A stretch of 64,000 nt of DNA from Octopus vulgaris (taxonomy: Eukaryota). Position numbers and translations under genes: made by a program. This document shows positions 14,011 through 27,318 of this stretch, piece by piece; the first letter of the stretch is position 1, and each line of letters begins with the position of its first letter. Location: contig OX597820.1 of NCBI GenBank assembly GCA_951406725.2, positions 47,926,001 through 47,990,000 of the forward strand. The letters run 5' to 3'. Under the pieces are notes generated by a model that ran no database searches, was not told the DNA's origin, and worked only from the letters and a program-made list of their open reading frames with translations.

Positions 14011-14320
14011 AACTTCCTTATTTCTCACTTGCAAATTATTTGTCTTCCATATTTCATCAACATTCCTGAAATGTTCACCGTTATTTTATCTTGCTTCTCT
14101 TGTGAGTGATTGTTGTTGTTGCTGCTGTTGACAATGGTAGTGATAGCGGTGGTGTTGCTGCTATTGCAGTTACATTATTTTTGTTGTTGTTGTTGTTGTT
14201 GTTATTGTTGTTTTGTTCTTTAATTCGACTTAGTTACAGTTGATGATTTTCTTCATGTTGTTTTAGTTATTGTTACGAATGTCTTCGTCGTCGTCGTCGT
14301 CATCGTCGTCGTCGTCGTCA

Positions 14321-14359
<39 letters not shown>

Positions 14360-14414
14360 TCGTCATCGTCGCTGGTTTCGTCGCCGTACTAATCTTAATG
14401 TTTAGTTTTTTTTA

Positions 14415-14788
14415 TGGCCCAGTGGTTAGGGCAGCGGACTCGCGGTCGTAGGATCGCGGTTTCGATTCCCAGACCGGGCGTTGTGAGTGTTTATTGAGTG
14501 AAAACACCTAAAAGCTCCACGAGGCTCCGGCAAGGGATGGTGGTGATCCCTGCTGTACTCTTTCACCACAACTTTCTCTCACTCTTACTTCCTGTTTCTG
14601 TTGTACCTGTATTTCAAAGGGCCGGCTTTGTCACTCTCTGTGTCACGCTGAATATCCCCAGAACTACGTTAAGGGTACACATGTCTGTGGAGTGCTCAGC
14701 CACTTACACGTTAATTTCACGAGCAGGCTGTTCCGTTGATCGGATCAACCGGAACCCTCGTCGTCGTAACCGACGGAGTGCTTCCACC
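14415..14788 (+). mobile_element. SINE head A + tail 1
   Basis: A/B boxes; AATGTTTAGT repeated at 14397-14406 and 14789-14798 (probable TSD). Confidence 0.93.
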
Positions 14789-14846
14789 AATGTTTAGTAC
14801 TCATTGCTGCACATGATAGCTTTGCTATCACAGCCTGTAATGTTTG

Positions 14847-15172
14847 AAGGTGCGCGGCTTAGTGGTTAAGAACACACGGGTCATGATCTTAAGGTCGTCA
14901 GTTCGATTCCTGCGGTGCTTTGTGTTCTTGAGCGCGACACTTTATTTCACGTTGCTCCAGTACACTCAGCTGGCAAAGATTAGTTATACCTGTAATACAA
15001 AAGGGCCAGCCTTGTCACTTTCTGTATCACGCCGAGTCTCCCTGAGAACTACTTTAAGGGTACGCGTATCTATGGAGCATTCAGCCACTTGTAAGCGAAT
15101 TCCCCGTGCATGCTGTTCGGTTCATCTGTTAACCGCAACCTACGACATCGTCGTAACCGTCGGAGTGCCATT
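14847..15172 (+). mobile_element. SINE head D + tail 1 (older chimera)
   Basis: Head matches 38734 (GTGTTCTTGAGC...CACTCAGCTGGCAAA); tail matches 14600-14785 (AAAGGGCC...CTTGTCAC...GTCGTAACCG.CGGAGTGC). Confidence 0.85.
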
Positions 15173-15194
15173 TTTTAATGTTATTCTTGGTGCC

Positions 15195-15674
15195 TTCTTC
15201 TTCCGATCAGGACTCACGCCATTAGCCACAAAGAATAATCTCTAATTCGAACCTACTCTAAGCTACTAAGAATGCGTGTGGCAACTTGAAGATCCACCGA
15301 CCACACGCGATAGACGGGCGGTTGCAAGGGCGCGAAAGCTACGTTGTTATCCTCATTCCATAAACGGTGGCTTTTAACGAGTGGAGAGCTGAACCATCCT
15401 GGGGTACAGAGGATTCGAAATCTAGACTAGAGTCTGAAAGTTTACCAAACCAGAGTGGGTTACACCATGGTTCCTCTGCGTTGTGACAAAAGTAGGTAGA
15501 AAGAATGAGAGAAAATTGTGGTGAAAGGGTAGAGCGGGGTTCACACCCCTCCGCCGGAGACTCGTGGAGCTTAGGAGTTTTTGCTCAATAAACACAATGC
15601 CCGGTCTGGGAATCGAAACCGCGTTCTTACGACCGCAAGTCCGCTGCCCTAACTACTGGGCCATTGCGCCTCCA
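15195..15674 (-). mobile_element. SINE head A + long unrelated tail 3 ending in (GAA)n
   Basis: Head A at 15500-15674. Minus-strand continuation ends GGCGTGAGTCCTGATCGGAAGAAGAAG; the tail boundary is inferred. Confidence 0.7.
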
Positions 15675-15857
15675 CTCTTGTTGTTGCTGTACATGACAGT
15701 CGTTATTTTAGTTATTACTGTAGATGTGACTATTACTTTTGATTTTCTTATTATCTTTTCTTTGAATCATTAGACTGCTGCCATGCTGGGGTACCGCCTT
15801 GCAGAATTTTGTTCACTACATTACCGCTGTTGTTATTACTTCGATTATTCTTATTCC

Positions 15858-16125
15858 TCCGAGGCGACTTTGCCTCGGATCCTTTCGGGGTCGATAAATT
15901 TAAGTACCAGTGAAACACTGGGGTCGACGTAATCGACTAATCCCCTCCCCCAAAATTTCAGGTCCTGTGCATTTACTAGAAAGGATTAGTACCTGTATTC
16001 TTATTCCGACGGGGTTGACTTCCCCTTCAATCCTTTCAGGGTCGATAAATTGAGTACCAGTGAAACACTGGGGTCGATGTAATCGACTACGCGCCTCCCA
16101 CAAAATTTAAGGCCTATAGCAGAAA
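15858..16125 (+). mobile_element. Two tandem 5'-truncated SINE C copies (short tail)
   Basis: CCTTTC.GGGTCGATAAATT..GTACCAGTGAAACACTGGGGTCGA occurs twice. Confidence 0.85.
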
Positions 16126-16359
16126 GAAATTATTACTTATATTCTTTTTATTCTCGCTGTTGTTTTTGTTATTGTTTTGACGTAAAATTGTTGCCGTTGT
16201 TATTGTTGGTTTTCGTGTTATTCATGATATTGGCGTTGTTGTTGTTATTTTTATTGTTGGTGACGCTGCTATTGTTGTTGCTGTTGTTGTTTTCACGTGC
16301 GATTATCGCAATCGGTGTTGTTTTTGTAATTGTTGTTGTTATTGTTGCTGTTGCTGTTG

Positions 16360-16753
16360 TCCTTCTTCTTCTTCTTCTTCTTCTTCTTCTTCTTCTTCTT
16401 CTTCTTCTTCTTCTTCTTCTCCTCCTCCTCCTCCTCCTTCTTCTTCATCATCATCATCATCATCTTCTTCTTCTCCTCCTCCTCCTCTTTTTTCTTCTTC
16501 TTCTTCTTCTTCTTCTTCTTCTTCTCCTTCTTCTTCTTCTCCTTCTTCTTCTTCTTCTTCTTCTTCTTCTTCTCCTCCTTCTCCTTATTCTTTTTCTCCC
16601 TCTTCTTCTTCTTCTTCTTCTTCTTCTTCTTCCCTTTCTTCTTCTCCCTCTTCTTCTCCCTCTTCTTCTTCTCCCTCTTCTTTTTCTCTCTCTTCTTCTT
16701 CTTCGTCGTTGTCGTCGTCGTCATCAACATCATCATCATCGACATCATCAACC

Positions 16754-16791
<38 letters not shown>

Positions 16792-17035
16792 TTCTTCTTC
16801 TTCTTCTTCTTCTCCTTCTTCTTCTTCTTCTTCTTCTTCTTCTTCTTCTCCCTCTTCTTCTTCTTCTTCTTCTTCTTCTTCTTCTTCTTCTCTCTCTTCT
16901 CCCTCTTCTTCTTCGTCTTCTTCTTCTTCTTGTTGTTATTCTTCTTCTTTTTCTTCTTTTTCTTCTACTCCTTCTTCTTCGTCTTCTCCTTCTTCTCCTT
17001 CTCCTTCTTCTCCTTCTCCTCCTCCTTCTTCTTGA
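16360..17035. repeat. Very long (CTT)n/(CAT)n trinucleotide array
   Basis: Directly visible; source of the poly-Leu/Phe/Ser/Lys ORFs. Confidence 0.97.
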
Positions 17036-17379
17036 TGTTGGTATTGAAGGGGAGGGGCTTTTTAGTCGTTATTATTACTCTTACCAATGTCTGTGCTGTT
17101 GTAATTATTGCTCTTGTTCATTTTGACAACCTGTGTTTGCTAGTTCACAATATTGCTTCTGTTGTTGTTGTTGTTACACATCTTGTATTTGTAATTACCA
17201 TTGCTGTTGTTGTCGTTGTTATTGTTGTTTATTGTTGTAGATATTGTTTGTATGTTTGTATTTGTTGCTCGAAGAAAATGGCGAAGAGAATTATATCGTT
17301 AGTCGTTGCTGGTACAACTATTCTTGTTTTTATTGTAACCGATATGCATTGGTATTGAACTCAATGTTATTGCCTTTTT

Positions 17380-17381
17380 GT

Positions 17382-17420
<39 letters not shown>

Positions 17421-17532
17421 GTGGTGGTGGTGGTGGTGGTGGTGGTGACGGTGGTGGTGGTGGTGGTGGTGGTGGTGACGGTGGTGGTGGTGGTGGTAGT
17501 AATGGTAGTACTAGTAGTGGTGGCGGTGGTGC

Positions 17533-17569
<37 letters not shown>

Positions 17570-17715
17570 TGTTCTTGTAGTTTATATCGATGCTGTTTCC
17601 CTTGAAGTTGTTGATGTTCTTAACATATTTTCGCTGCTACAGTTACCTTTGTTATTGTTGCTGCTGTTGTTCGGGTTGTTGCTGTTTCTATTGCTGTTGC
17701 TGTTGCTGTTGTTGT
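17380..17715. repeat. (GTA)n/(GGT)n/(GTT)n repeats
   Basis: Directly visible. Confidence 0.9.
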
Positions 17716-18874
17716 AGAGCCGAGGTCTTTGTTGTTGTTATTGTTGCTTTTGTTGTTTACTTCAGTGCATTCCTTCACTGCAAAACTGTGTCATTTTTTT
17801 TTCTTCTCCTTCAGGTTATCGTTATTGCGACTTTTGTTGTTTCATTCGTCACTGGGCTATATTATTACTAAACATACTGTTATTCACGCTATAGTTGTTG
17901 TTGCTATTGTTGATGTTGGTGGTGGTGGTGGTGGTGGTGGTGATGGTAGTGATGATCGTGATGCACTGTCTTCGCACAAGAGGTGAGCCGAGTGCAAAAT
18001 TTTCTGAAGGCGAGCCCACCTATTTTCTCAATAAATACAATACTTCGATCTGTTGTTATCATCTTTGAGCGTATTTACATGTGTATATCCGCATGTATAT
18101 GTGTGTGCGTACGTACGTGTGTGCGTATATATACGCGTATAATTATATGATTATCAATATATGGCTCGAAATGTACGTGAATTGCTGGAAGGGAGGGTGT
18201 GTATATTCGTATAAGTATGAGGCATTGTGTTTTCTGTGTCAGGAATGGAGTGACGACATCAAGGATGGGAAGCACGATAATAGAACGAGGAGAGCGTGTG
18301 GTTTGATTCGGTTTTAGCTATCACTACACCTCACTCTTATGTGAACAACGCCTCCATAAACAACACCACCATTATTGTACCGATCCACACCAATCCCCTC
18401 GGTCTGTGAATTACTTTAATCAACTACATAACATCAGAATAAGGAAGAATTCTTTACTCACACACCTTTCAGGTTGATACGAATAAATATATATACGCAC
18501 ATATATATATATATTCAAACACACACAGACATACATGTACATGCATACATGATTACGCACTTCCATACATAAGTACTTACGTATATACATCAATACGTAT
18601 ATAAATACATAAGACACGTACGTATGCTTGCAAATGTACACAGGCGCCTGCACATGAACCAAACTTCCATTTATATACTTATTTTTCTTCTTATTAGATG
18701 AGAATTTTATTGGAATTACTCATGGACTTAGATTTTCGTGGCAAAGAATTTTTTCAAAAATTTATTAAACACACATATTGCGCGCACACATACATAGAAA
18801 AACATATATATATATATATATATAACATAAAATATATATTTAACATTATATATATATATATCTTTATTGTCTTA

Positions 18875-19272
18875 TATTTTATGTTTCAGTCATCAGACTG
18901 CGGCCATCCTGGAGCACCAGCTTGAATCTTCAGTCGAATGAATCTGCCCCAGTATCTAGCTTTAAAGCCTGTTACTTATTCTATCAGTCTATTTTGCCGA
19001 ACTGCTATGGAGACGCAAACACCCATATCGTTGACAAGCGGTAGTGGGGGGCTAACACAAGCACAAAGACACACATAAATACAGACGCACACACGCATGC
19101 ACACTTACACGCACACACACACATATGTATATATAGACAATGGGCTTCTCTCAGTTTCCGTCTACTAAATCCACTTACAACATTTTGGTCGGCTTGAGGC
19201 TAAAATTGAAAACACTTGCCCAAGTTGCCATGCAGTGGATCTGAACCCTGAACCATGTGGTTGGGAAGCAAA
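18875..19272 (-). mobile_element. SINE B (diverged)
   Basis: Same head/internal repeat/tail organisation. Confidence 0.85.
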
Positions 19273-19298
19273 GAATGGTGGTATATAGACTGTAAAGG

Positions 19299-19330
<32 letters not shown>

Positions 19331-19357
19331 ATATATATATGTATATATATATGTATA

Positions 19358-19394
<37 letters not shown>

Positions 19395-19865
19395 GTGTAT
19401 TTGTATATACATACACACATAATTCATACGTGCATATATATATATGTATACATGCATATATATATACATATATACATATATACATACACACAGACACACA
19501 CGCGCGCGTGCGAGCACACAGCACACACACACACGCACACACACACACACACACACATACACACGCACAAACACACAGGCATATATAACTTAACCAACAT
19601 ATACCACTATTCCCTATGTATTCTCCTTCTTCATCATATTTTCAACGGTGATGTTTTTCGCATATGTAAATGCTATCGCAAATAGACTTGCACTTATCTT
19701 TTGATGTTCCGAGAAAGCTATTTTATGCACAAATACTCTGTTCTCAGTGCATTGCGTCTTATAGCAAAATCGGCTGTAAGCTAATGACGTGCATTGCATA
19801 ATTTCCTGTTCTCATCTATATATACATGCATATATACATACATGTATACACACACACACACACAC

Positions 19866-19924
<59 letters not shown>

Positions 19925-19926
<2 letters not shown>

Positions 19927-20198
19927 CAAAATGGGACAAGAACGCAAAACATCCATCCAGAAGACGATACAAAAAAAAAAACCAGACGGGTCATTCAAAG
20001 CCTTTCATCTTCAGTCAAGAACCAGATCATCCTCGCAATTTTGGCTGATTAATCTTGAGATTGCTCCAATCTGGCCAGCCCCAAGGAAAAACTAAGCTAA
20101 ACACATTAGATTCCTTGAAAAAAAGCTTCGAATATATGCGAAACAAGGACGGAAAAATACGACAAAAATAATACGAAACAACAACAACAGCAACAACA

Positions 20199-20270
<72 letters not shown>

Positions 20271-20335
20271 GGACATCACAACAGGCGTCTTTCGACTAGG
20301 AAACGAATTGAATTCAGCTGGTGTGTTAGGAATTG
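19925..20335 (-). mobile_element. Penelope-like terminal-repeat-type fragment (putative)
   Basis: Starts after (TA)n; carries hammerhead-like words (minus CTGAAGA, CGAAAG); layout parallels 24700-25130. Confidence 0.4.
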
Positions 20336-21627
20336 TGTGTTACGGCAGAGAAAGAAAATGTAGATGTTGCCACGACTGCTGCCAGACCCAAAAGGGCCAG
20401 TAGGCGGCTAAGCGGTCACGTGAGAAGAGAAGAGAGAGGAAAAGAGGAACAAAGGAATTAAGGAGGGGAAGATGAGAGAGAAAAAGAGGAACAACGGAAT
20501 TAAGGAGGAGAAGAGAGAGAAAAAGAGGACCTTAGCTGTTTCTGTTCCACTACTATAACTTCTTTTTTTTGCCAAATAAACGCATGCGCGATATATTTGT
20601 TCTTCCCTCGATCTTATTCACTGTCCTTATTCTAACTCATGTCCATTTTCCGGAAATCTTTAGTCACACATCTATGACCTCTTCAACGACACTATTCATC
20701 TTCGTGTGTACTCTTGCTCCACTTACTCTATTCTGTTCTTTTATGTTGTGTAATCTTATATGCGCATGCTTTTGTATCTCTCTGTTACTGTATGTGTGTT
20801 TGTGTGTGTATATGGGTTCGCTTCATATGTTTGTATCAGTGCCGCTTATACAGTATTATATTTATATATATATATTTTTTAATCTATCTCTATTTCTTAT
20901 GTTTATCATAAGTATGTGCATATTTGTCCATTGTGTGTATATTACACAACATGAGGGAAACAACGGTACAGGAGTAAGAGGAGGGAGAGAAGATCCTCAA
21001 TGCTCATATGGAGCAAAAAAGCGCACGGCTAACAATTCCAGTAACGATATCCCAGCACTGCATGGGCTCCGCAACGACCATAAGGCGACCACTGACCCAG
21101 TGACAGGATCACCTACCTACTTCCTCTCTATGAGCGTACGCCCTCTGATCAAAATGTCCCCAGATGTTTGTGGCATCACAGAGGACCTTCTTAGTAGAAT
21201 CACTGAATGCAACCATGCCCACGACCTGACGGGATGCATAATAGGCATTATAGCCATCCACTGATGTTTATTTTGCTGTGGAGAAAGGTCTGGAAGTGAT
21301 CGGCGAGAGCGACGTGGTGTTTCGTGGTGTTGACACAGAAAAACTGGGCCTCCTCTTCAGATTGACTTGTGACAATGATTACTTAGATAAATATCACCTT
21401 AGTTGTTTCTGTGTGTTTGTGTATTATGTATGATGCAAGTCATTACATTGTCGCTAAATCTGTTTGAAATATCCCGCAAAGAACACCTACTCCCTTACGG
21501 GCAAAACTTATCGAGAGTGACGTAATAAACAAGTCACCAAGGGAAAGTCCTCATCGAAGTCAATTAGTAATTAGTGATGCTGTTTAAATCTCATTTCTCT
21601 TCTAATTGCTGAGCATAAATATAATAC

Positions 21628-22044
21628 CTATTTATTTACCACCCACAAGGGGCTAAATACAGAGGGGACAAACAAGGACAGACAAACGGATTAAGTCGAT
21701 TTCATCGACCCCAGTGCATAACTGGTATTTAATTTATCCACCCCGAAAGGATGAGAGGCAAAGTCGACCTCGGCGGAATTTGAACTCAGAACGTAACGGC
21801 AGACGAAATACCTATTTCTTTACAACCCACAAGGGGCTAAACACAGAGGGGACAAACAAGGACAGACAAACGGATTAAGTCGATTATATCAACCCCAGTG
21901 CGTAACTGGTACTTATTTAATCGACCCCGAAAGGATGAAAGGCAAAGTCGACCTCGGCGGAATTTGAACTCGGAACGTAACAGCAGACGAAATACAGCTA
22001 CGCATTTCACCCGGTGTGCTAACGATTCTGCCAGCTCGCCGCCT
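21628..22044 (-). mobile_element. SINE C dimer (Tx1-like tails) with 18-bp TSD
   Basis: TGAGCATAAATATAATAC at 21610-21627 and 22045-22062; one full and one 5'-truncated unit. Confidence 0.95.
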
Positions 22045-22537
22045 TGAGCATAAATATAATACTATGGGTTTCTGGCCCAGCACGAAGAACCTAACTGAAA
22101 CTTGGGAAGAAGGGATATTAATAACAAATTGAATGAACTTATCACAAATAATTCTGCACGATATTTTCAATATGACACTGGGATGAGTAAAAGACATGAG
22201 ATTCACTGCAACTCTTTACAACATCTTTCTACAATTCTCTTAACAACTTATCTCTCCAATTTTGAAGGTGCGAAAATTTCTCACAATGTATATTTTTCTG
22301 CAGAAGATTCATGCTAGAATGCTATTAAGAGAACCAGAAGGTATTCAGTTTGCTCTTATTAAGTGATTCTTGCTTCACTCACATGCATTTATGCATTTAT
22401 ACATGCATGCATACATAGACAGAGACAACCATGAATGAACATCTATATTTCTATATATAAATATATATATACATTCATTACAGGCGTATAAGCTTACATG
22501 TATGTATGTATGGATGTATGTATATGTATGTATGTAA

Positions 22538-22579
<42 letters not shown>

Positions 22580-23629
22580 GCACACACACACAACATATAT
22601 ATGTATACACACACAGACATAAATACATATACATATAATCACACGCACACACGCAAACACATGCAAACACACACGTGCACACATGAAATGAAGCTAAACG
22701 ATTCTTCTTTGCCTTTGTCTTTTATTTCCGCCCTCGCACCATTTTGCCCAATCCTATTGTCTTTCACACTTCCTTAACGCTCGCTCTCTTTTACATTCTC
22801 CCTATCTATAGATATAATTTTTTATCTTTTCCACAGATTTTCCGTTTGTCTGTATGTCGGTGTGAAATTGAAATTACGATTGTGATTCAATTTACCGTAT
22901 TTCTACTTCCATATCAATCCTTCCTATCTTCCCGTCTTTGATGTTTGTTTTAAGGAACAATTTACTTTCCTTCTATCTATAATACAAACCAAAGCCAATG
23001 CAAACCAGCATATCCCGAAAATTCTCTGGTGTGAGAAACGATTAACTACATATCTATAATTGTATCGGCGTTTCTAGTTGTTTGAACTTATCTTCACATG
23101 ATATATCATTCTTTACTTGAAGAAATGATATTAGTTAGTGGCATAATATCATAATTTCAGTTGAAATATCTTAAATTTATTGTTGGATATATCCGGTTAG
23201 CGTTTATTTAATATTTCTGAGACTATTAGCTAATTAGATTAACATTGTTGTAGTTATATTTTCATGTATGTATTTATTTTCTTTTTCGAGAAATGTTAAG
23301 GCGTTAGTGAAGTTCGTTTGTTGGACAAAATTCCTTGTGGTGGATAATTTTTGTCTTATTCAAGGATGCGATCAATTACAGATGGGATTTCCATGGTTTC
23401 AACATCTTAATCATTCGACAATGCTTGCGCACTACACACACACACACATATACACGTACATGTGCACACACTCACATAGACATAGACAACACACAAACAC
23501 ACACACTCACCCACTTACCCAGTCACCTCCGCCATTTTGAGTTTGTTTGTCGCACACATGATGTAAGTCTTCAAATTGTTAATATTCAAGTGTGGTGAAG
23601 CTTTGGTCCTTGCTTGAAGTACGTTCCCT

Positions 23630-23960
23630 AAAAAAGTAATCGAGAAGGTTGTGATCTGGGCTATTACTGGGCCAGATGTTGGCCCTCATAAAAATGACAC
23701 CTTCTCACCACGGAATGCCTGTGTTGATTTTGATCCATGGCATGGTGCAGAATCCTGGATAAGCACCACATTGTCATTCCCAAACTTCTGCTCCCTCCAT
23801 GGTAACAGAGAGTTCTTCAGGATGTCCAGATAGTGCCGATCTTCAAGCCAGACTCAGTGAAATGTGGATCCAGGACACTTCCATCACTCGCCAAGGATGC
23901 AAATATTAACATAGAGGCAGGATTCATCAGAAATGTTGCGTGTAATCACTCGAGAATATC
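23630..23960 (-). mobile_element. Tc1/mariner-superfamily (maT/DD37D-like) transposase relic
   Basis: Minus translation FGNDNVVLIQDSAPCHGSKSTQAF...NIWPSNSPD (frameshifted). Confidence 0.75.
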
Positions 23961-24173
23961 TGTGATTCACATCAGCGTCCACAAACATAAGAGTTTGTCC
24001 TGCACATTGATGCTTGGTGAATAATAGAATCTTTGGGCATCTCTTGATTCTGATTGCTTTGGCCTTGGTGGTCAGGTGACAGCATCGTCGAACAAATTCA
24101 ATTTAGAAATACTAAATAAAATTTCACAAAATTAATAAATATAATAAATATAAATATAATATAATAAATATAA

Positions 24174-24499
24174 ATTAGAAAACACACCTTTTATCAATTC
24201 AAAATGAAAAATTAAATTACATCATCTAGAAAATTACATATAATAGAAAAATAAAATATAATATAAAAAAAATATACCGATGATTAAGTAATGTGCTAAA
24301 TAATAAATAAAACGTATATATTTGGTAGAATAACATGTCGTTATTCTACAAAATATATACGTTTTATTTATTATTTTGCACATTACTTAATCATCGGTAT
24401 ATTTTTTTATATTATATTTAATTTTTCTATTATATGTAATTTTCTAGATGGTGTAATTTAATTTTTCATTTTGAATTGATAAAAGGTGGTTTTTTCTAA

Positions 24500-24500
<1 letters not shown>
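24174..24500. repeat. 327-bp near-perfect AT-rich palindrome
   Basis: Arms of ~161 bp; 5-nt loop ATGTC at 24335-24339 (GAATAAC-ATGTC-GTTATTC). Confidence 0.95.
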
Positions 24501-24575
<75 letters not shown>

Positions 24576-24578
24576 CTA

Positions 24579-24616
<38 letters not shown>

Positions 24617-24699
24617 ATAAATAAAATATATGCATACATACATATATGTACGTACCTACATCTACATGTATATATACATGCATATATAAATATATATAT

Positions 24700-25130
24700 G
24701 TGAGTACAGGACACCACAAATAGACGTAGAACTCAACGAGAAACGAAAACATAAAAACAAGGGAACGGACTTTTTTAACAACGAAAAAACAGAACGCAGG
24801 ACAAACAACACACGGAAAATTCCCCTTCACCAGCTGTCTCCGGCTCGACTCCATGCGTGTTTCGAAGGTAAGGACAGGACACGCTCGCCGGACTGGTCCT
24901 TCCTGCGAGGGAATTAAATAAAATTCCCATGCAGAGGGGTAAAAACAAGGAAAGAAAAAAATGTGACAAGAACAGGACGTAAAAGCAATACAAATAAAAA
25001 TACGAATACAAAATAAAAATACAAATATAAAAAATACAGTACACATAAAGAATAAAAACAGGACAAAAAAAAGCATTGAGGGCCTTTTTTAGCCTAGACG
25101 AGGAAAAAAAAATTCAGAGCGCAGGAATAA
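24700..25130 (-). mobile_element. Penelope-like terminal-repeat-type fragment (putative)
   Basis: Flanked by (TA)n; minus-strand CGAAAC...CTGGTGAAG words; internal hairpin GGGAATT...AATTCCC. Confidence 0.4.
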
Positions 25131-25140
25131 GTCGTCTTGA

Positions 25141-25193
<53 letters not shown>

Positions 25194-26586
25194 CATACAT
25201 ATATGCATACATACATATTTACATATACATATTTACGTGAATTGAATATTCGGATGAGATAAAATTTAAGAATAATATTTTGCCATTATAAAATGATAAT
25301 GTATAGAACGTTCGTAACATTTTTCGATGCAGTCATTTTATTTTTAACATTCAATGCAGCGTTTCCGATAACAACATACAATTGTCCATAAACAAATGGT
25401 ATTGCTGGGGAAAAAACTGAGTTATTTTACTCAATGTGTGGCACTGAAATTTATTGAATTTTATAACGAATGAAATAAGCCGGTAGATACGTAAACATAT
25501 ATATATATATAGAAATAAATGAATAATCATACAAATAAAAGAAATATTTGTCAAACGTAATTATTGGCAGTAAGGTACATTTTTCATAACATTCACTTTA
25601 CATCACTTTCAATAATGCAGTCATAGATTTAGGTTCTTCAAATTCGTGTTTCATTGCAGAAGCTTTATTTGAATTTTGCAATAGTATTACAGCGTTTTCT
25701 TTCCTCATTGTGTATGTTCAAGGTGCTGTCACTCCACAAACGTTAAATATGTCTACGAACTCCGTTGGACCGTGTCTGTATCTTCGCGTGAATGTATACA
25801 TTTTTTTTCTCTCTCTCTCAACTATGTATATAATGTCCACATTAAAATAAACAATGACTTCAATTATTATTTTTGTTTTTGCAAGCCCAGGTTCCTTAAG
25901 AAGGAGCAATACAATAGCTAGAGATTCGGTCATTCAAGTTGATTATTCCTAGGTAAAAGTTTGTTCGTTATTCTCGCTGATTAAAGTTGAATAAGGGCCT
26001 CGGAACCCACTGCAGCCCTTAACTACTGGTATGTATTCTTCTGAATGCCATCCTCCTATTTGGAACATTTCAAAATTATTGATTCAAAGCAGCATATTGA
26101 ATTCAAATAATTCAAGCAGCGTAAGTAATCCCTCCAAACTCTTTCTCCCCCACTCACTCTACTCTGGGGAATAAAAGATGAAAGCGCAGCCCTGTTTGCT
26201 TAAGCTTTGAGCTTTGATTATCTGTACGTAAAATAATAATGTTATGTCAACAACTGTTTCCTCCTGTTACAGTATAACAGTTGGTGTTTCAGGAGGAGGA
26301 GGAGGAGGAGGATTGTCATAATTTCCAGGTACTTAAATATTCAAGTAGTTATTGTGCTTATATAAAAGGCCCTGCACACTATTAAGGCATATTCCTTGAA
26401 ATGTGGGATGGCATGAATTCAAAGAGCAACTTAAATATCTGGATCATAGACGTAAGTTTCAGTAAAGGATACTGTTTGATCAACGATAACCAAAGTCTGA
26501 TTAACAAAAGACGTTATACAGTACCTTCAAGTTTCCACTTGTATATACAGTCATTGGTCGAAGCCACGTCCCAATAATAGGTTTCT

Positions 26587-26977
26587 GGATGGTATGGAAG
26601 CACTCCGTCGGTTACGACGACGAGGGTTCCGGTTGATCCGATCAACGGAACAGCCTGCTCGTGATATTAACGTGTAAGTGGCTGAGCACTCCTCAGACAC
26701 GTGTACCCTTAACGCAGTTTTCGGGGATATTCAGCGTGACACAGAGAGTGACAAGGCCGGCCCTTTGAAATACAGGTACAACAGAAACAGGAAGTAAGAG
26801 TGAGAGAAATTTGTGGTGAAAGAGTACAGCAGGGATCACCACCATCCCTGCCGGAGCTTCGTGGAGCTTTAGGTGTTTTCGCTCAATAAACACTCACAAC
26901 GCCCGGTCTGGGAATCGAAACGGCGATCCTACGACCGCGAGTCCGCTGTCCTAACCACTGGGCCATTGCGCATCCAC
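26587..26977 (-). mobile_element. SINE head A + tail 1, full length
   Basis: 13-bp TSD ATAATAGGTTTCT at 26574-26586 and 26978-26990. Confidence 0.95.
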
Positions 26978-27149
26978 ATAATAGGTTTCTATACACAAAA
27001 TGAATCTCAATAATGTTGTGTTGTTACACTGAATGTTTTGTCAAACTTCAGAGCTGCTGTGAACCAATTTTTTTTTCAAAGCTGAGTTTCTCCTGATTCA
27101 TGGTAGCTTGAAATTTTTGTTTGCCCAACAACGTGTATATATATACATA

Positions 27150-27318
27150 TATACGACGGGCTTCTTTCAGTTTCCGTCTACCAAATCCACTCACAAGGCT
27201 TTCGTCGACCCGAGGCTACGGTAGAAAACACTTGCCCAAGGTGCCACGCAGTGGGACTGAACCCGGAACCATGTGGTTGGTAAGCAAGCTACTTACCACA
27301 CAGCCACTCCTACGCCTA
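27150..27318 (-). mobile_element. SINE B 5' half
   Basis: GGCGTAGGAGTGGCTGTGTGGTAAGTAGCTTGCTTACCAACCACATGG...CCTTGGGCAAGTG. Confidence 0.92.

Noticed and set aside
16188-17358. Long ORFs of 312, 342 and 165 aa
   Set aside because: Translations of (CTT)n/(CAT)n repeats that are open in several frames
20569-21264. 231-aa ORF
   Set aside because: Non-ATG start, low-complexity T-rich first half, no recognisable domain or splice context
26370-26440. Minus-strand CHPTFQGICLN resembling a Cys-rich P2X7-tail-like motif
   Set aside because: Short match only; the expected downstream motifs are absent
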